From NCBI GenBank assembly GCA_013265495.1, contig MU058584.1:5856407-5920406 (forward strand): 64,000 nt of DNA, given 5' to 3'. The first letter of the stretch is position 1. Each line of letters opens with the position of its first letter. This stretch comes from Vicugna vicugna (Eukaryota). The translations under genes were made by a program, and so were the position numbers. The notes beneath the pieces were generated by a model. The model ran no database searches, was not told the origin of the DNA, and saw nothing but the letters and a program-made list of their open reading frames with translations. Below, piece after piece: positions 1-11,210 of the stretch.

Positions 1-551
1 AGAGGACTGAGTAGAATTTCCACCATTAACATCCTTCCCATGCACTCACCTTGTGGCATTTAAAATCCGTCCCTTTTCCCCCCAAGACAGTTAATAGAAT
101 GTATTTAGCCATGTGTCTCCTCTAAACTCTTGACAATTCGTAACCCATACCATGGCAGCAGCTACATATTCAGCAACTGAAGCACCATGAGGGACAAAAG
201 AAACAGTGCCACAAAATATTGTATTTCACCACCGAGATTTCACAGTGAGCAAAGGGATAGTTAGAAAAGGAATTCTGAGATTCCAGAGCCTTAGTCTCTC
301 CGCTTTTGCGTGGGAAAGAATATTCCTTCCTTCCAGTAGCCAGCACTGGAAAAGGGAACACTGAGTCTTTTTGGTGGCAGGCTGGCCTTGCCCACTGGAT
401 TTGGGTCCATTGAAGTCCTCGTGGGTCCACGGTCCCAGCCGTAGAGGCAGCCAGCAGGTGCAGGAGGTGAGAAGGGCCAGAGATCCAAGGAGAGCTCTCT
501 GTGTCTACTATCTTCAAGGTGTCACTCTAGATCCCTAATTTTCCTGTGTTC
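1..551 (-). other. SELE: SELE terminal 3' UTR exon (runs off the window)
   Basis: Acceptor ataattgcAG at 553-552; a separate 3' UTR exon matches the known SELE gene structure. Confidence 0.7.
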
Positions 552-689
552 CTGCAATTATAAGAGTGCATGCCGTCAGGACATTTAACATTTTGCATGC
601 TAACAGCAACAACAGAATTCACCTTCTAGCACTGACGACTGTGTACACTCTCACAAGGCTAGTCCGTACATGAATACCAAAATCCTACC

Positions 690-993
690 TAGGACAGTAA
701 AACTATTCCATATGATACTATAATGGTGGGTACATGTCAGATACATTTGTCAAAACCCATTCAATATACAAAACCAAGAGTGAACTCTAATATAAACCGT
801 GGACTTTAGTTAATAATAATGTATCAATATTGGTCCATCAACTGTAACAAAATCCCACACTAATGGAAGGTGTTAATAATTGAGGAAATTGGAGGATGGG
901 GTTAAGGGGCTGTGTTGGAACTCTCTACTTTCTGCTGAATTTTTCTGTAAACTTAAAATTAAACACGCAAAAAGTCTATTAACTTAAAAAAAA
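690..993 (+). mobile_element. Old L1 (L1MC/MD-like) 3' end fragment
   Basis: caagagtgaactctaat...tgtatcaatattgg...ttttctgtaaacttaaaa followed by an A-rich tail. Confidence 0.7.
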
Positions 994-1039
994 TCGATTC
1001 AGATGGGATCTGACTGTTCCAAATTCTCACAAAGACAAG

Positions 1040-1250
1040 CCAAGTGGTTAAGAATACGGATTCTAGAACCAGACTGCCTAGGTGTGAATCCCGGCTACAC
1101 CGTTTACTAGTTTTGAGATTTCAGGCAAGTTACTCAACTTTTCTGTGCCTCATTTTCTTCATCTGTATAATAATAAATATAATAGCCCCTGTCTCATAGA
1201 ATCCTATCTTAGAACAGTTGCTAGAATATAGTAAGTTCCATGCAAGGGTT
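1040..1250 (+). mobile_element. MIR SINE
   Basis: gtggttaaga...ggcaagttactcaacttttctgtgcctcattttcttcatctgta core. Confidence 0.8.
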
Positions 1251-1483
1251 AGCGGTCACCGTTATTATTAACTTTCATAAACGAAATGGCCCAATAAAGG
1301 CCAGATCCTGGTTTCTTTCCTCTCCTTCTACAGAGAAATGGAACAGCTTTCCATAAAATACCATGAAGGTAGTGATTTCTCCCCCTAGAATCCGACATAT
1401 TTGGAAGATTCGAGGAACGACAGAACATGTACCTTCTTTCAAAACTGTATATGACCTTCAAGTCTTACCTGATTCCTTTGGAC

Positions 1484-1541
1484 TTAAATTAACTCAGAAG
1501 GCATTTGGTAGGATCCTTCTGATTGAAGGCTGTGACTGCTG
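1484..1541 (-). CDS. SELE: SELE last coding exon ([18 protein letters not shown]); exon extends to 1469
   Basis: Acceptor ccacAG, TAA at 1486-1484, donor GTAAGA at 1468-1463. Confidence 0.92.
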
Positions 1542-4500
1542 CTGTGGAATACATAAAAACATTAAATAAATCACTGTTGCCAAACATGAAAAGAGACAAA
1601 TGTGCAGAACGTGCAGTGGCATGCTATATACAAAAATGCAACTTACCTGGAAGGGACAAATTTTTTTGCTGCAAGAAAAAGAAAACCATTAATGTGGACT
1701 AAATGACTTTTAAGGACATATTACAGCTAGAAACCAACATGACTCTATTCAGCAGGGGTTGTAAACTCAATGCCTTCAGGGCCCCCACAATAATCAGAAC
1801 ACAAGCACAGCTTGGTGGCAACTGAGCAGGGGAAGCAAACTGCACCCTCACCCAAAGGGCCCAGCAGCTTCCTCATGCAAGCAGGGAGCAGATAGCTATA
1901 CTTTCAGCTTGCCAGGCTCGTCTTCCAATGTGTCTTGAGAAGCCCCAAACCTAGATACAATGTAAAATTTCCCACTTTGTAAACGTCAGAACTTAATTCA
2001 AAAAATTTTGAAGATACTCTAGGCCAAACCAACCAGGAGTGTAGCTAGATGTGTTTGCATGTTCCCCATGAGATACTCCCAAATTTAAGCCTCTATACCA
2101 AATAAAATTTTTGGAAACATTTATTCAGTTTTTCCTGGAAATACTCATTATGGCAGCCTCATGGGACAACTCTGAGGGGCACCATAGAATTCAATGTGCA
2201 TAGCACCCCCTGGAGGTGGCCAACGTTAGCACAACTAACATGCCTATTCCTAAAATTCTTTCCACTTTGAGTTGTATTATAAACGCTTTCCATAAGACTT
2301 CTGCTTAATTATACTGCAGTTTATTAGCGTTTATCTAGTGACTAGATTCTAATTACTCGTTAAATCTGCAAGAGACAATGTAACTCATCGATGAGAAAAA
2401 AAAATTTTTTTCCAAAACCTTCTTAGAGTACCTTCATAAATGCCCTCACCTTTCTTCCGAAGGCGTTTCAGAAGCCAGAGGAGAAAGGATGCTGATGTCA
2501 TGAGGGAGATTCCAGCAGCAGAAAGTCCAGCTGCCAAGGGAACTTTGGATTCAGCAGGGGCTAAGAAAACAGAACGGGGGAGAACTGTCATGGAAAGGAA
2601 TTAAATTTTAAGTCTTCCTGTTCTGTCCCTTTGCCCTTTTCTTTGTGCATTTATTACAATGTACAAAGCAGAAGAGCCATCTAGTTCAATATGTGAGGAA
2701 GAGAGATGGTACTAAGGCCTTTGAGATCTGCCCCAAGACACCTTTGCGTGTTTATCTTCCAACACTGCCAGGCAGAACTCTAATGTGCCATCTTTCACAA
2801 CACACCTTGGTTAATCAATCAAACAATCAATCAGTCTCTCTTTCCTCTCTCTCTCATTTTCCTTTTCAACCTACTTTTCCCTCTAGCTCTCCTTTTCCTG
2901 ATGAACAGAATTCTGTTGGCATGTTACTTGTTTTCTCTCTATCCCCGTAAAATTAAATGTCCATCCATTCAGTGTTAACCTGAGCAACCTTCCTGACCTT
3001 TCTGGTTTGGACATAATGGATACTTCATTATTGTAGCCGGATAGCTTCCTTTCTTAGCTCCCTTTCTTCTCTCTGGCCCCCCAGACAACCACCATCAGTC
3101 AATGCTTCACCTTCACAGGTAGGCAGCATCCCAGACCAGTGTCCTGTGGCATCACATGTCAGAGCTGCAGAGCCATTCAGCGTCCATCCTTCAGGACATG
3201 CAAACGTACACACGGTGCCAAACACAGGCTCCCCACTGCAGCTCCTGTTGATCTTTCCGGGAACATCCAAACTTGAACACTGTACCGCTGCAAATGATAG
3301 GATATGGGTAGAGGTTAAGGAAAATCTATTGGAAAACTTCTAAAACTGTCAGAAAAGTCATCAATAAATGTAACTGATAAGCACTGCTTTGCTTTCAGCA
3401 TGTAGGAAATTAGGATCAAGTCCCTTGGGGCAATCCTGGGTCAGAAATATTTGAGATATTTGACCCATCCTCCTTAAAGTCTGAATTCAGCCCTACCTTG
3501 GCAGGAGGGGACCTCCTGTGTCCATTGTCCCTGAGATGTGCACTCAAGCTGAGCTGATCCACGTAATGCAAAGCCTTCCTCACAGCTGAAGGCACAGGAG
3601 GACTTGTAGGTGAACTCGCCAGTGGGGGAATGGGTACACGTCACCGAGCCATTCCTGGGCTGGGGGACAGCATCGCATTTCATGGCTGGAAGACATGAGT
3701 GTGTTCATTAGAACTTGGTGTCAGGCAGCAACAGATTTCCTAAGGTAAGCAAGTCCCTAGCTCTTCGATAGTGCTCACCGGAGAACTTGCAGCTGGATTT
3801 GCTTTGGAAACTTCCAGAAGCCCTAGGAAAACAACTCATGGAGCCTCTCTCTCCGGGCTGGGCAAGGCTTTGCACTGGAAAGCTGAGATACTAAAATGAT
3901 GGTTGGGAAATAATGTAACGGAATTAGAGAGTACTTGGCATCTGTTGTGCGAGCCCAGTTCACTTTGGACAAAGCTACTCTCAGAGAATTCAAGACTCTT
4001 CATTAGCCCCGGGACAGGTGGGAGGATGGCTGTGTTTTCTCTGAATTCCAATCCCTTCATTGACAATGGTGCTAATTAGAGGACAGCCTTTTACAGGACC
4101 AGTGGTTCCTGAGCTCAGTTGTGACATGTGAAATAAGTTAGGGTCAAGAGGAAGATTTTTCTATAGCCAAGGAGCAACTTATTGCTCCTGGATGCCTACA
4201 GATGAGGCCAAAAAGACAGGAAGACATGAAGACAGCCACATAAAATTTGTCTGCTTTGCTGTTTGGTTTTGGTCTTGTGGCTTTTTGCCACTGGAAATCA
4301 TTCTGTGCTGTATTTGGCTACAAAAATGCCAGTGCCTGATAGTGAAACCTGCTTGTTTTCAGTATCCTTGCTCTTGATTTATTAAGTTAAATTAAATTAA
4401 ATTTAAGAGCTTATGTAAGTATTAAGGGTGTCTCTACAGCTGACACCACACCTGAAACATTTTCATCACTGCTAGTTATAAGCAATTTCAGAAGAAAGGG

Positions 4501-7500
4501 TATATATAACAAGAGTTTTAGAATCAAGTCATGTTCTCATAATCCTACTTTTTAAATTTTCTAATCTGATTTCTAATCTTTAGATGAAGATTTCTGCCTC
4601 TTCCAGGCCGATGTCTGTAAAGTTCTATTAGCACAGTACAGTTAAGAAACCAGCGAAGCATCCACTCTTCTTACATACAATCTTTTCCCTGGATAAGCAT
4701 TGGTTCTTTTATATGCATCTCAAAAATATAAGATGCTTGTTGTCCATCACCTCAGATCACTCTAGTTAAAGGAGGCGTCTGGTATCATTTTAAGTGCCCA
4801 ATCTTGAAGACTGCTGCTCTTTGAGAAAGGGAGAGGGTAAAGGAGATTGTCAGGCTCACCTTCACACACTGGAACTTGCTGTGTCCATTGCCCCTGAGCA
4901 GTGCATTCAACCTGGGCTGGTCCCTGCAACATGAAGCCTTCCGCACAGGTGAAGTGGCAGGATGACTTGAAGGCGAATTCTCCAGCAGACGTGTGGCTAC
5001 AGCTCACGGAGCCGTTCTGAGGATCATCCAGGGCATCACAGGTCACAGCTGTAACACATGTGCCACTTTATGTTAGCGACTCTGGCTTGCCCATTTTGAG
5101 TACAGGCTGAGAAAGAGAACGTTTACGGCAAATCTTGATGTGGAACGACTCTACCTTTACACGTTGGCTGCTTGTTGTCCCAGTCCCCAGATGAGGTGCA
5201 CTGCAGAGTCTGGGGTCCAGCTAGTTCAAACCCCTCCTTACACTCAAATGCACAGGTGGTGTTCCAGCGGAGGCTTTTGTGGCTCTGGGGACATTTCACA
5301 AGTCCGTTGACAGGGTTTGTCAAAGCATCACACTCAACCACTGGGAATTCAAAAGAACACCGTGAATTTTACAGAAGAATGATGTATTCACTTCCTATCG
5401 AATTGGAGTTTATAACAATGAGGAAACTGCCTTCAGAGGGCAGATCCTGATGTCCTATGTTAATTCTTGGGGACATGCCCACTCACAATAAAGTTTTTAT
5501 GCTTTTTTCTTGATATTTTCATCTTCTCTGACTGATTTTTATTTTGACTCTGCTAAGTAGTCTCTGGTGTATTTAATTAGATATTTCATCAGGTCTCTGA
5601 TCTATTTTAAATAAGGCAAAAACAAAGAAAAATAACAGATTCTAGGTCAGAATTTATGACTAGTTGTGATTAAAAAAAAAAAAAACTATCCTGACATACA
5701 CAGAATACTCATCTATTTTAGCCCAGCACGACCTAGAGGAAAGAATTTGTTTTTTGTCTTTGACCTAGAAAGATACGACTGAGAGAGAAAAAACGACATA
5801 TTGAGGCTGCTTGATTATCATGATCTTAAGTTAATCCAATTGCATGGGCAAAGTTAAACAGAGAAAAAGAGAAATTCATTAAGCTTTTGAGGGTGTGGTT
5901 CCACTGTCTTATGAGTTTCCTTACAAATTACCAGAGCCTCAGAAACACTCACACCAATACAGGATAAAAACGTCTCTCAAACCAAGCTGGTGCCATATTG
6001 GCCATATATGTTGGCCAAGAGAACAAGTTTAATTACAGACAACAACAAACAAGAACTTTCCCTGAACTGCTGAAAATGTTCTAAGTTGGGTAAAAAACTA
6101 AGGCACAGAAGGATGAATTGGAGAACGTTCTGTGCATTCAGAGAGAGATTTACCATTGCAGGCTGGAAGAGGAGCGCTCCACTCTCCAGAGGAAGTGCAC
6201 TGCGAGGTCTCCGTGCTGCCTGGGACGTAGCCCTCTTGACAGCTCACAGAGCAGGAAGAATTGTAGCTGAAGCTCCCCAAGGGGTGGTTGCAAACCAGGC
6301 TGCCGTGTTCAGGGGCTTTCTGTGCCTGACAGGTCACAACTGTAAAGGGAAACCAAATCAGTTCTGCTCCTCTCCCACCTGGTATATCAGGTGGGACGAA
6401 CACTGGAAACCCTAACTATTGTTCATTGACCGCCAGGCGCTTTGAAAATGTTGTGTCTGCATTTGTTCACATCATCCCAACCGTGAGCCTATGAAGTTGG
6501 TACTGTTACTGTCCTCATTTTACAGTGAGAAAGCTGGGACCCAGAGAGTTTAACTGCATTGTCAGTGCGCCATAACTGATAAGTGATGAATCTGGGATTC
6601 AAACCCAGGAGGGTCTGACTTCATTGCCTCAGCTCTCAACTGTCATCTGACACCGTATGCCCAAAGGAAGGGAAGACACGCAGACCTGACTCCAAAGCCA
6701 GCCAAGACTTGAAATAGGGCTGCCGTCTCTAGTTGAGAAAGTGAGACAAAGACTTACCCTCCTCACACTTGAGTCCCCTGAAGCCAGGGTAGCACTGGCA
6801 AGTGTAGCTGTTGACGGTCTCTATACATTCACCGTGGCCACTGCAGGATGAGTGGGTACAGGCGGCTGTAGAAAAGACAGTCCATGATGATGATTGTTAT
6901 TATACTTACAATGAGTTCCTTTGAAATTAGGATCAACAGTGTGCAACAGACATGTCACCAGCGCTACAGAGTGCCAGAAATTTAACTGCAGTGCTTTACC
7001 AATGCCAAAGCTGAGTTTTAGGCTCAACCATTTTAAACCTGGATGTTCATTACAGATGTCAGGGGTCTGGCTGTAACTGGCACCAAAAATAGAAGATTCA
7101 CTTTATCACAAACCCTAAAGGGAGTTCCCCTACTGCAAATAGACAAGTGACTCAAAAGTGTATTATATGTGTGTATACACACAGTGTGTAAGTATAGACC
7201 TATATATATATATGCATATATGAATACAAAAATACATACATTCTTGCTTAACATTCACACAAAGAAGCAAAAAGGGATACTTTATCAAACAGACTGTTTT
7301 AAAACCAGATCTTTTAGAACAGAAGATGGCCACAATAGGGACCAGTTTCTGCATTCTGGCCACAATTTGTCAGGACGCTCACGGGCTGAATCTGCCTCCC
7401 TTGGCTGCCTCACCTCCCACCTCCCTCCCTACCTGTGTAGCACAAGGCGAGCTTCTTTTTGCTGCATCTCTCATCATTCCACTTGCCCGTGTCTTTGTCT

Positions 7501-8413
7501 CTCTTGATGTAGATCTCCACACAGTCCTCGTCGCTTTGCTTGTTGTTTGGTTCACCTGGAGCCCAGTTCTCAGCCTCTTCGGTCAGAGGTTTCTGGGTCC
7601 CAATCCAGGTCCATGTATTGTTGATCTTTCTGATTCCAATCCAATAGTAATTTGGTGAATACTGGAACATGGCATTCAGGTATTTGATCTCTTCCTGGTT
7701 TTGAATTGCGACCAGATGTGTGAACCTTTGCTGGCAATAAGCACTGGCCTCATCAAAAGTCATGTATTCCGTGGAAGCGTTGTAAGACCAGGCTTCGCTC
7801 TCTTTAAATGGGAGAAGCACTAATGGGGGAAACACATGAAAGGAATGGGGAAGTTTAGTCCTGGACTTTCTATTATCTTATTTTTGGCCTTGGGGATAAC
7901 TCAGACTTTTTGTTTACCTTTTCCAAAGCAGGAAGGAGTCTGGATGGAGAAACTACCACTTACTCTGTATCTTTTTTGTGACTGACCCTCCATTTGGTGC
8001 TTTACCAGCACTCACCCGCCGTAACCTAACAGGATAGCCACTTAACAGTAGAATACTAATCAGAATGACCAAGCTTCATTAAGCATTTAATATGCACCAC
8101 CAAGCACTGCCTGAGGCAAAGACTTCACATGAACCATGAGACTGAATCCTGACAATGCCTCTGGGAAACAGGTTATTTACGATCAAAACTCTCTACAGAA
8201 GGAAGCTGAGACACAAGGAGGTAAATTACCCTTAGCCCAGGGCCTGACACATTGTGAAGCAAGGCCGAGAGTGATGCTAAACCACCTAGGGTGCACAGGG
8301 AGTCCCGCCTAAGGAAGGCTTATGTCCGTAGGGCGGAGGATAAGGAACCCTGGTCTGATGAATGACATTCACTTACCAAACATGAGAGCAGGGAGAAACT
8401 GTGAAGCAATCAT
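1484..8413 (-). CDS. SELE: E-selectin, spliced CDS: join(8377-8413,7433-7819,6758-6865,6154-6339,5155-5340,4860-5048,3497-3685,3111-3287,2450-2560,1647-1668,1484-1541); 549 aa with signal peptide, C-type lectin, EGF, 5 SCRs, TM and cytoplasmic tail
   Basis: All exons have GT-AG boundaries and compatible phases; total 1650 nt, divisible by 3. Translation MIASQFL...WSYNASTE...[18 protein letters not shown]...AKKFVPS...SYQMPSELI* is recognisably E-selectin, and the position beside METTL18/C1orf112 fits. Confidence 0.97.
1647..1668 (-). CDS. SELE: SELE 22-nt cytoplasmic micro-exon (AKKFVPS)
   Basis: ttgcAG|CAAAAAAATTTGTCCCTTCCAG|GTAAGT. Confidence 0.92.
2201..2216 (-). promoter_or_regulatory. 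Candidate CTCF site in the SELE intron after the TM exon
   Basis: Minus strand CCTCCAGGGGGTGCTA versus consensus CCACCAGGGGGCGCTA (14/16). Confidence 0.55.
2450..2560 (-). CDS. SELE: SELE transmembrane exon
   Basis: 111 nt; [36 protein letters not shown], hydrophobic helix plus basic stop-transfer. Confidence 0.94.
3111..3287 (-). CDS. SELE: SELE SCR6 exon
   Basis: 177 nt; [26 protein letters not shown]...[11 protein letters not shown]. Confidence 0.94.
3497..3685 (-). CDS. SELE: SELE SCR5 exon
   Basis: 189 nt; [12 protein letters not shown]...[15 protein letters not shown]. Confidence 0.94.
3779..3882 (-). pseudogene. SELE: SELE SCR4 pseudoexon (frameshifted, 3' half deleted)
   Basis: After acceptor tctcAG it reads (A)[11 protein letters not shown], then +2 nt in a GA run gives TGA at 3838-3836. 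The shifted frame continues [22 protein letters not shown], then SCR similarity stops. Confidence 0.88.
4860..5048 (-). CDS. SELE: SELE SCR3 exon
   Basis: 189 nt; [16 protein letters not shown]...[15 protein letters not shown]. Confidence 0.94.
5155..5340 (-). CDS. SELE: SELE SCR2 exon
   Basis: 186 nt; [12 protein letters not shown]...[15 protein letters not shown]. Confidence 0.94.
6154..6339 (-). CDS. SELE: SELE SCR1 exon
   Basis: 186 nt; [16 protein letters not shown]...[15 protein letters not shown], intact. Confidence 0.93.
6430..6640 (-). mobile_element. MIR SINE
   Basis: ctcattttacagtgagaaagctggg...gggattcaaacccagg. Confidence 0.7.
6758..6865 (-). CDS. SELE: SELE exon 4, EGF-like domain
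   Basis: 108 nt; [35 protein letters not shown] with six Cys; AG/GT flanks. Confidence 0.95.
7433..7819 (-). CDS. SELE: SELE exon 3, C-type lectin domain
   Basis: ORF 7410..7835 contains WSYNAST...YYWIGIRK...WAPGEPNN...[16 protein letters not shown]; 387 nt, AG/GT flanks. Confidence 0.97.
8377..8413 (-). CDS. SELE: SELE exon 2 coding part (signal peptide [12 protein letters not shown]); full exon 8377-8460
   Basis: ATG at 8413-8411, acceptor ttctccccccAG, donor GTAAGT. Confidence 0.93.
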
Positions 8414-8796
8414 GCCTTCAAGAGTTTTTTGGATCCAAAGATTAGACTTGAAATGCTTTTCTGGGGGGAGAAAGAACAAAATCAATTACAGAATGAACTC
8501 CTTGGTAGTCACTTACATCATTCTATGATGAGGTGTAGAGTGGCATGATAAGACTCTTAGGCAAAGGATTGGAATCCTCTGCCGCAATCTTTGTTCACGC
8601 CAAAGTTTACCAAATGAGTAAGTTAAAAAGTTAAGATTTTTATCATTTAAGTCAAAAAGAAAAGCCAGGTTTTATCTAGTCTGAATACAGTAAGAGCTTG
8701 CACAGACCTTTTATCAGGTTTTTTGCCTATCAGTTCATGGTGATAGTCTCCGTTTCACAGCCAAGGCTGCTCTTGTAAAGACTTCTCGGCACTTAC

Positions 8797-8900
8797 TGTT
8801 TTGTGAAGCTGTCGTTTCAGTGTCAGATTCCTCCCGTCTTGTGGCTGCTTCAGTCTTGTGCCGCTGTTGCAGTTCTGATGAGGAGTCAGCCAAGAACCGT
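8797..8900 (-). other. SELE: SELE non-coding exon 1 (5' UTR; TSS approximate)
   Basis: Lies ~25 nt downstream of TATAAA and ends at the donor GTAAGT (8796-8791). Confidence 0.8.
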
Positions 8901-8925
8901 GGCACACTGCTCCCGCCAGGACTCC

Positions 8926-9039
8926 TTTATAGGAAGGCCGCTTCCTGTGAGTAATCAGAGGACATGCCCAAATGCAATAATAGGAATTCCCCATCAGCGT
9001 CCAGGAATATCCATAACGCCAAAAATGACAATGATGTGA
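8926..9039 (-). promoter_or_regulatory. SELE: SELE proximal promoter: TATAAA (8926-8931), NF-kB sites GGGGAATTCC (8983-8992) and TGGATATTCCT (9003-9013), variant ATF/CRE-like TCACATCA (9032-9039)
   Basis: Motifs read directly on the minus strand, in the order known for the cytokine-inducible E-selectin promoter. Confidence 0.88.
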
Positions 9040-9489
9040 GAAATCCTACCCCTCGAAACAAATTCTTCTTTTTTTGTGTGCCTTTTTATTTAATGTGAAT
9101 TCTGTTACTATGACACAAATGCATGGTTTTTAATTCAAATAATATAAAATCTATGTCTTTTAAAAGTGTTAGAACTGGGCCTGTTAGCAGTCCCTCTCCT
9201 GAAACTGGGGTAGTAATCAGAACTTCGTCAACCTAAGCAAACTAAGAACAGTTTTGTCATCTCTGGACTACTGCCCTCAATTTTCTCATCCCATACCAGT
9301 CAATGATGGACCATTCCTCATTTTTCCTCTTTCTCACCTACCAACCAACTCCGCCCATTTTAAGGTACGCTGTCTCGCAGAGGAGTGAACCATGAGGTGA
9401 ATGTTAATCCTCAGATTCTGCACATAGTTATGGCTAAATTACTAGAAATAACATCTCCCACTTAAACATTTGAAATAATGCCTTGTTTC

Positions 9490-9690
9490 TTTTTTTTAAT
9501 TGAATTATAGTCAGTTACAATGTGTCAATTTCTGGTATATGGCACAATGGTCTAGTCATGCATATACATACATATATTTGTTTTCATATTCTTTTTCATT
9601 AAAGGTTATTACAAGATATTAAATATAGTTCCCTGTGCTGTACAGGAGAAATTTGGGTTTTTAAATCTGTTTTTTTAATATAGTGACTAA
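9490..9690 (-). mobile_element. Short lineage-specific L1 3' end fragment
   Basis: Poly(T) followed by aattgaattatagtcagttacaatgtgtcaatttctgg...caagatattaaatatagttccctgtgct. Confidence 0.8.
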
Positions 9691-11009
9691 ATATAAGAAA
9701 AGTCAGAAACAGACTTCGATATTCCTGTCTGGAAAATATTCATGATTTTTTCAGTGAGAAAATAAAGATGAAAACTATATATTCTCCCATTTAATTGACC
9801 CAAAGTTTGTTCAGAACTTTTAAAATATAAATGTGCAAAAATTTTTTAAGTCAAAATGTTAACAGTGGATCTCTGGACAGCAGGAGTTAGGGGTTAATTT
9901 TATAATCTTCATGATTATTTTCAGCATCTTCCAGTTTTTGCAAGGGCCCTCTGTTGCTTTTATAGTAAAAAGAACACAGTTTAAAGAATTCTGTATCCAA
10001 ATGCAACTGAAGGGGATATATATATGGTGTATGCATATGTGTAATTGATTCCTACTCTTTATAGTGTCATTTCTTTTGGGTGATTATATTCAGTCACCAT
10101 TCTCCAGCTCTGTATTTTGTCTAATTCAAATAATAGGGACAGTAAATGGAATTTTTAAATTTCCATATTCTGTAGAGATCAAGTGAAGCTAATATTCCAT
10201 AACTACAGCTTTTTTGAAATACAACCTCTAATGATATTCTGTCAGCAGACATGAAGCAGTAGAGGCAGGGGTGAGGGTAATAGGTTTATTTTTCTTATTT
10301 GTTAGCCCTGGCTCTTTCTATGTTACCCGGAAATCGTCAAGACCTAAGCCAATCAGGAAAAGAGAAGAAAAAATTCCAATGAATGCAAGTGATTCTTTTT
10401 TAGAATAAGTAAATAACCCAATTAGCTAGTTTAATTTAACTCCTATCAAAATGCCCAACTTTTAACAGAGAATTTATACCATCCACCTTCCCATTCTCTT
10501 GTATTGTCTAGATACTGACATCATTTCAATTTTTTTATCCAGCTTTACCTGTGTAAGTGTGGTTGTTGCCACTCAATAAATGTAGAAGAGTAATCAGTCA
10601 CAAGTGTTTGTTAGATTTTAGAGGGGGATGTGAAGCTGGGTTAATACATAATCTGTATACATTTTGTTTTTTAGTAAGTTGTGAACACACTATTTGCCGT
10701 TTTAAAAAAAAAGTGTACTGCAGGCAAATCTTAAAATCTGTCTGACACAATAATAAAGTACTTAATAATTATTTTGAAAATGGAAACTAGTCATAAATAG
10801 TCCTAGATAACTATGTTCATTATTATAATTTTTCATAACAAAACTAAGTTTGTAGGTTGTCTCTTTCCCTTCTTATTAGTTTACAGATATCTAAAAATAG
10901 CCCCAATGGTGGTATAGTCCCTATGTCATTTACAGATACACAGCCTGGACCCCCCCCCCCCAGTTATAACCTCTACTATTATAGTGAGCATTCACTATCT
11001 GCCCCACCC

Positions 11010-11210
11010 TGTTCTAAGTTTTTGCATATTCATCTATATGATTATTTAATTCTTACAACAGCCTATGAAATAGGTACTCTTATTACTCCTGTTATACAGA
11101 TGAGGAAATTGAGGAACCAAGGATTTTATACCTGTCTCATCCAAAAACACAAAGCTAAGGAGTTGAAACCAAGGTAGTCAGTCTCCAATTTCCTTAACTG
11201 CTCTCCCAAC
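11010..11210 (-). mobile_element. MIR SINE
   Basis: acaacagcctatgaaataggtact...acagatgaggaaattgagg. Confidence 0.75.

Noticed and set aside
3111..6339. Repeated similar ~190-bp units in SELE as a novel repeat array
   Set aside because: They are the paralogous SCR exons, each with its own splice sites.
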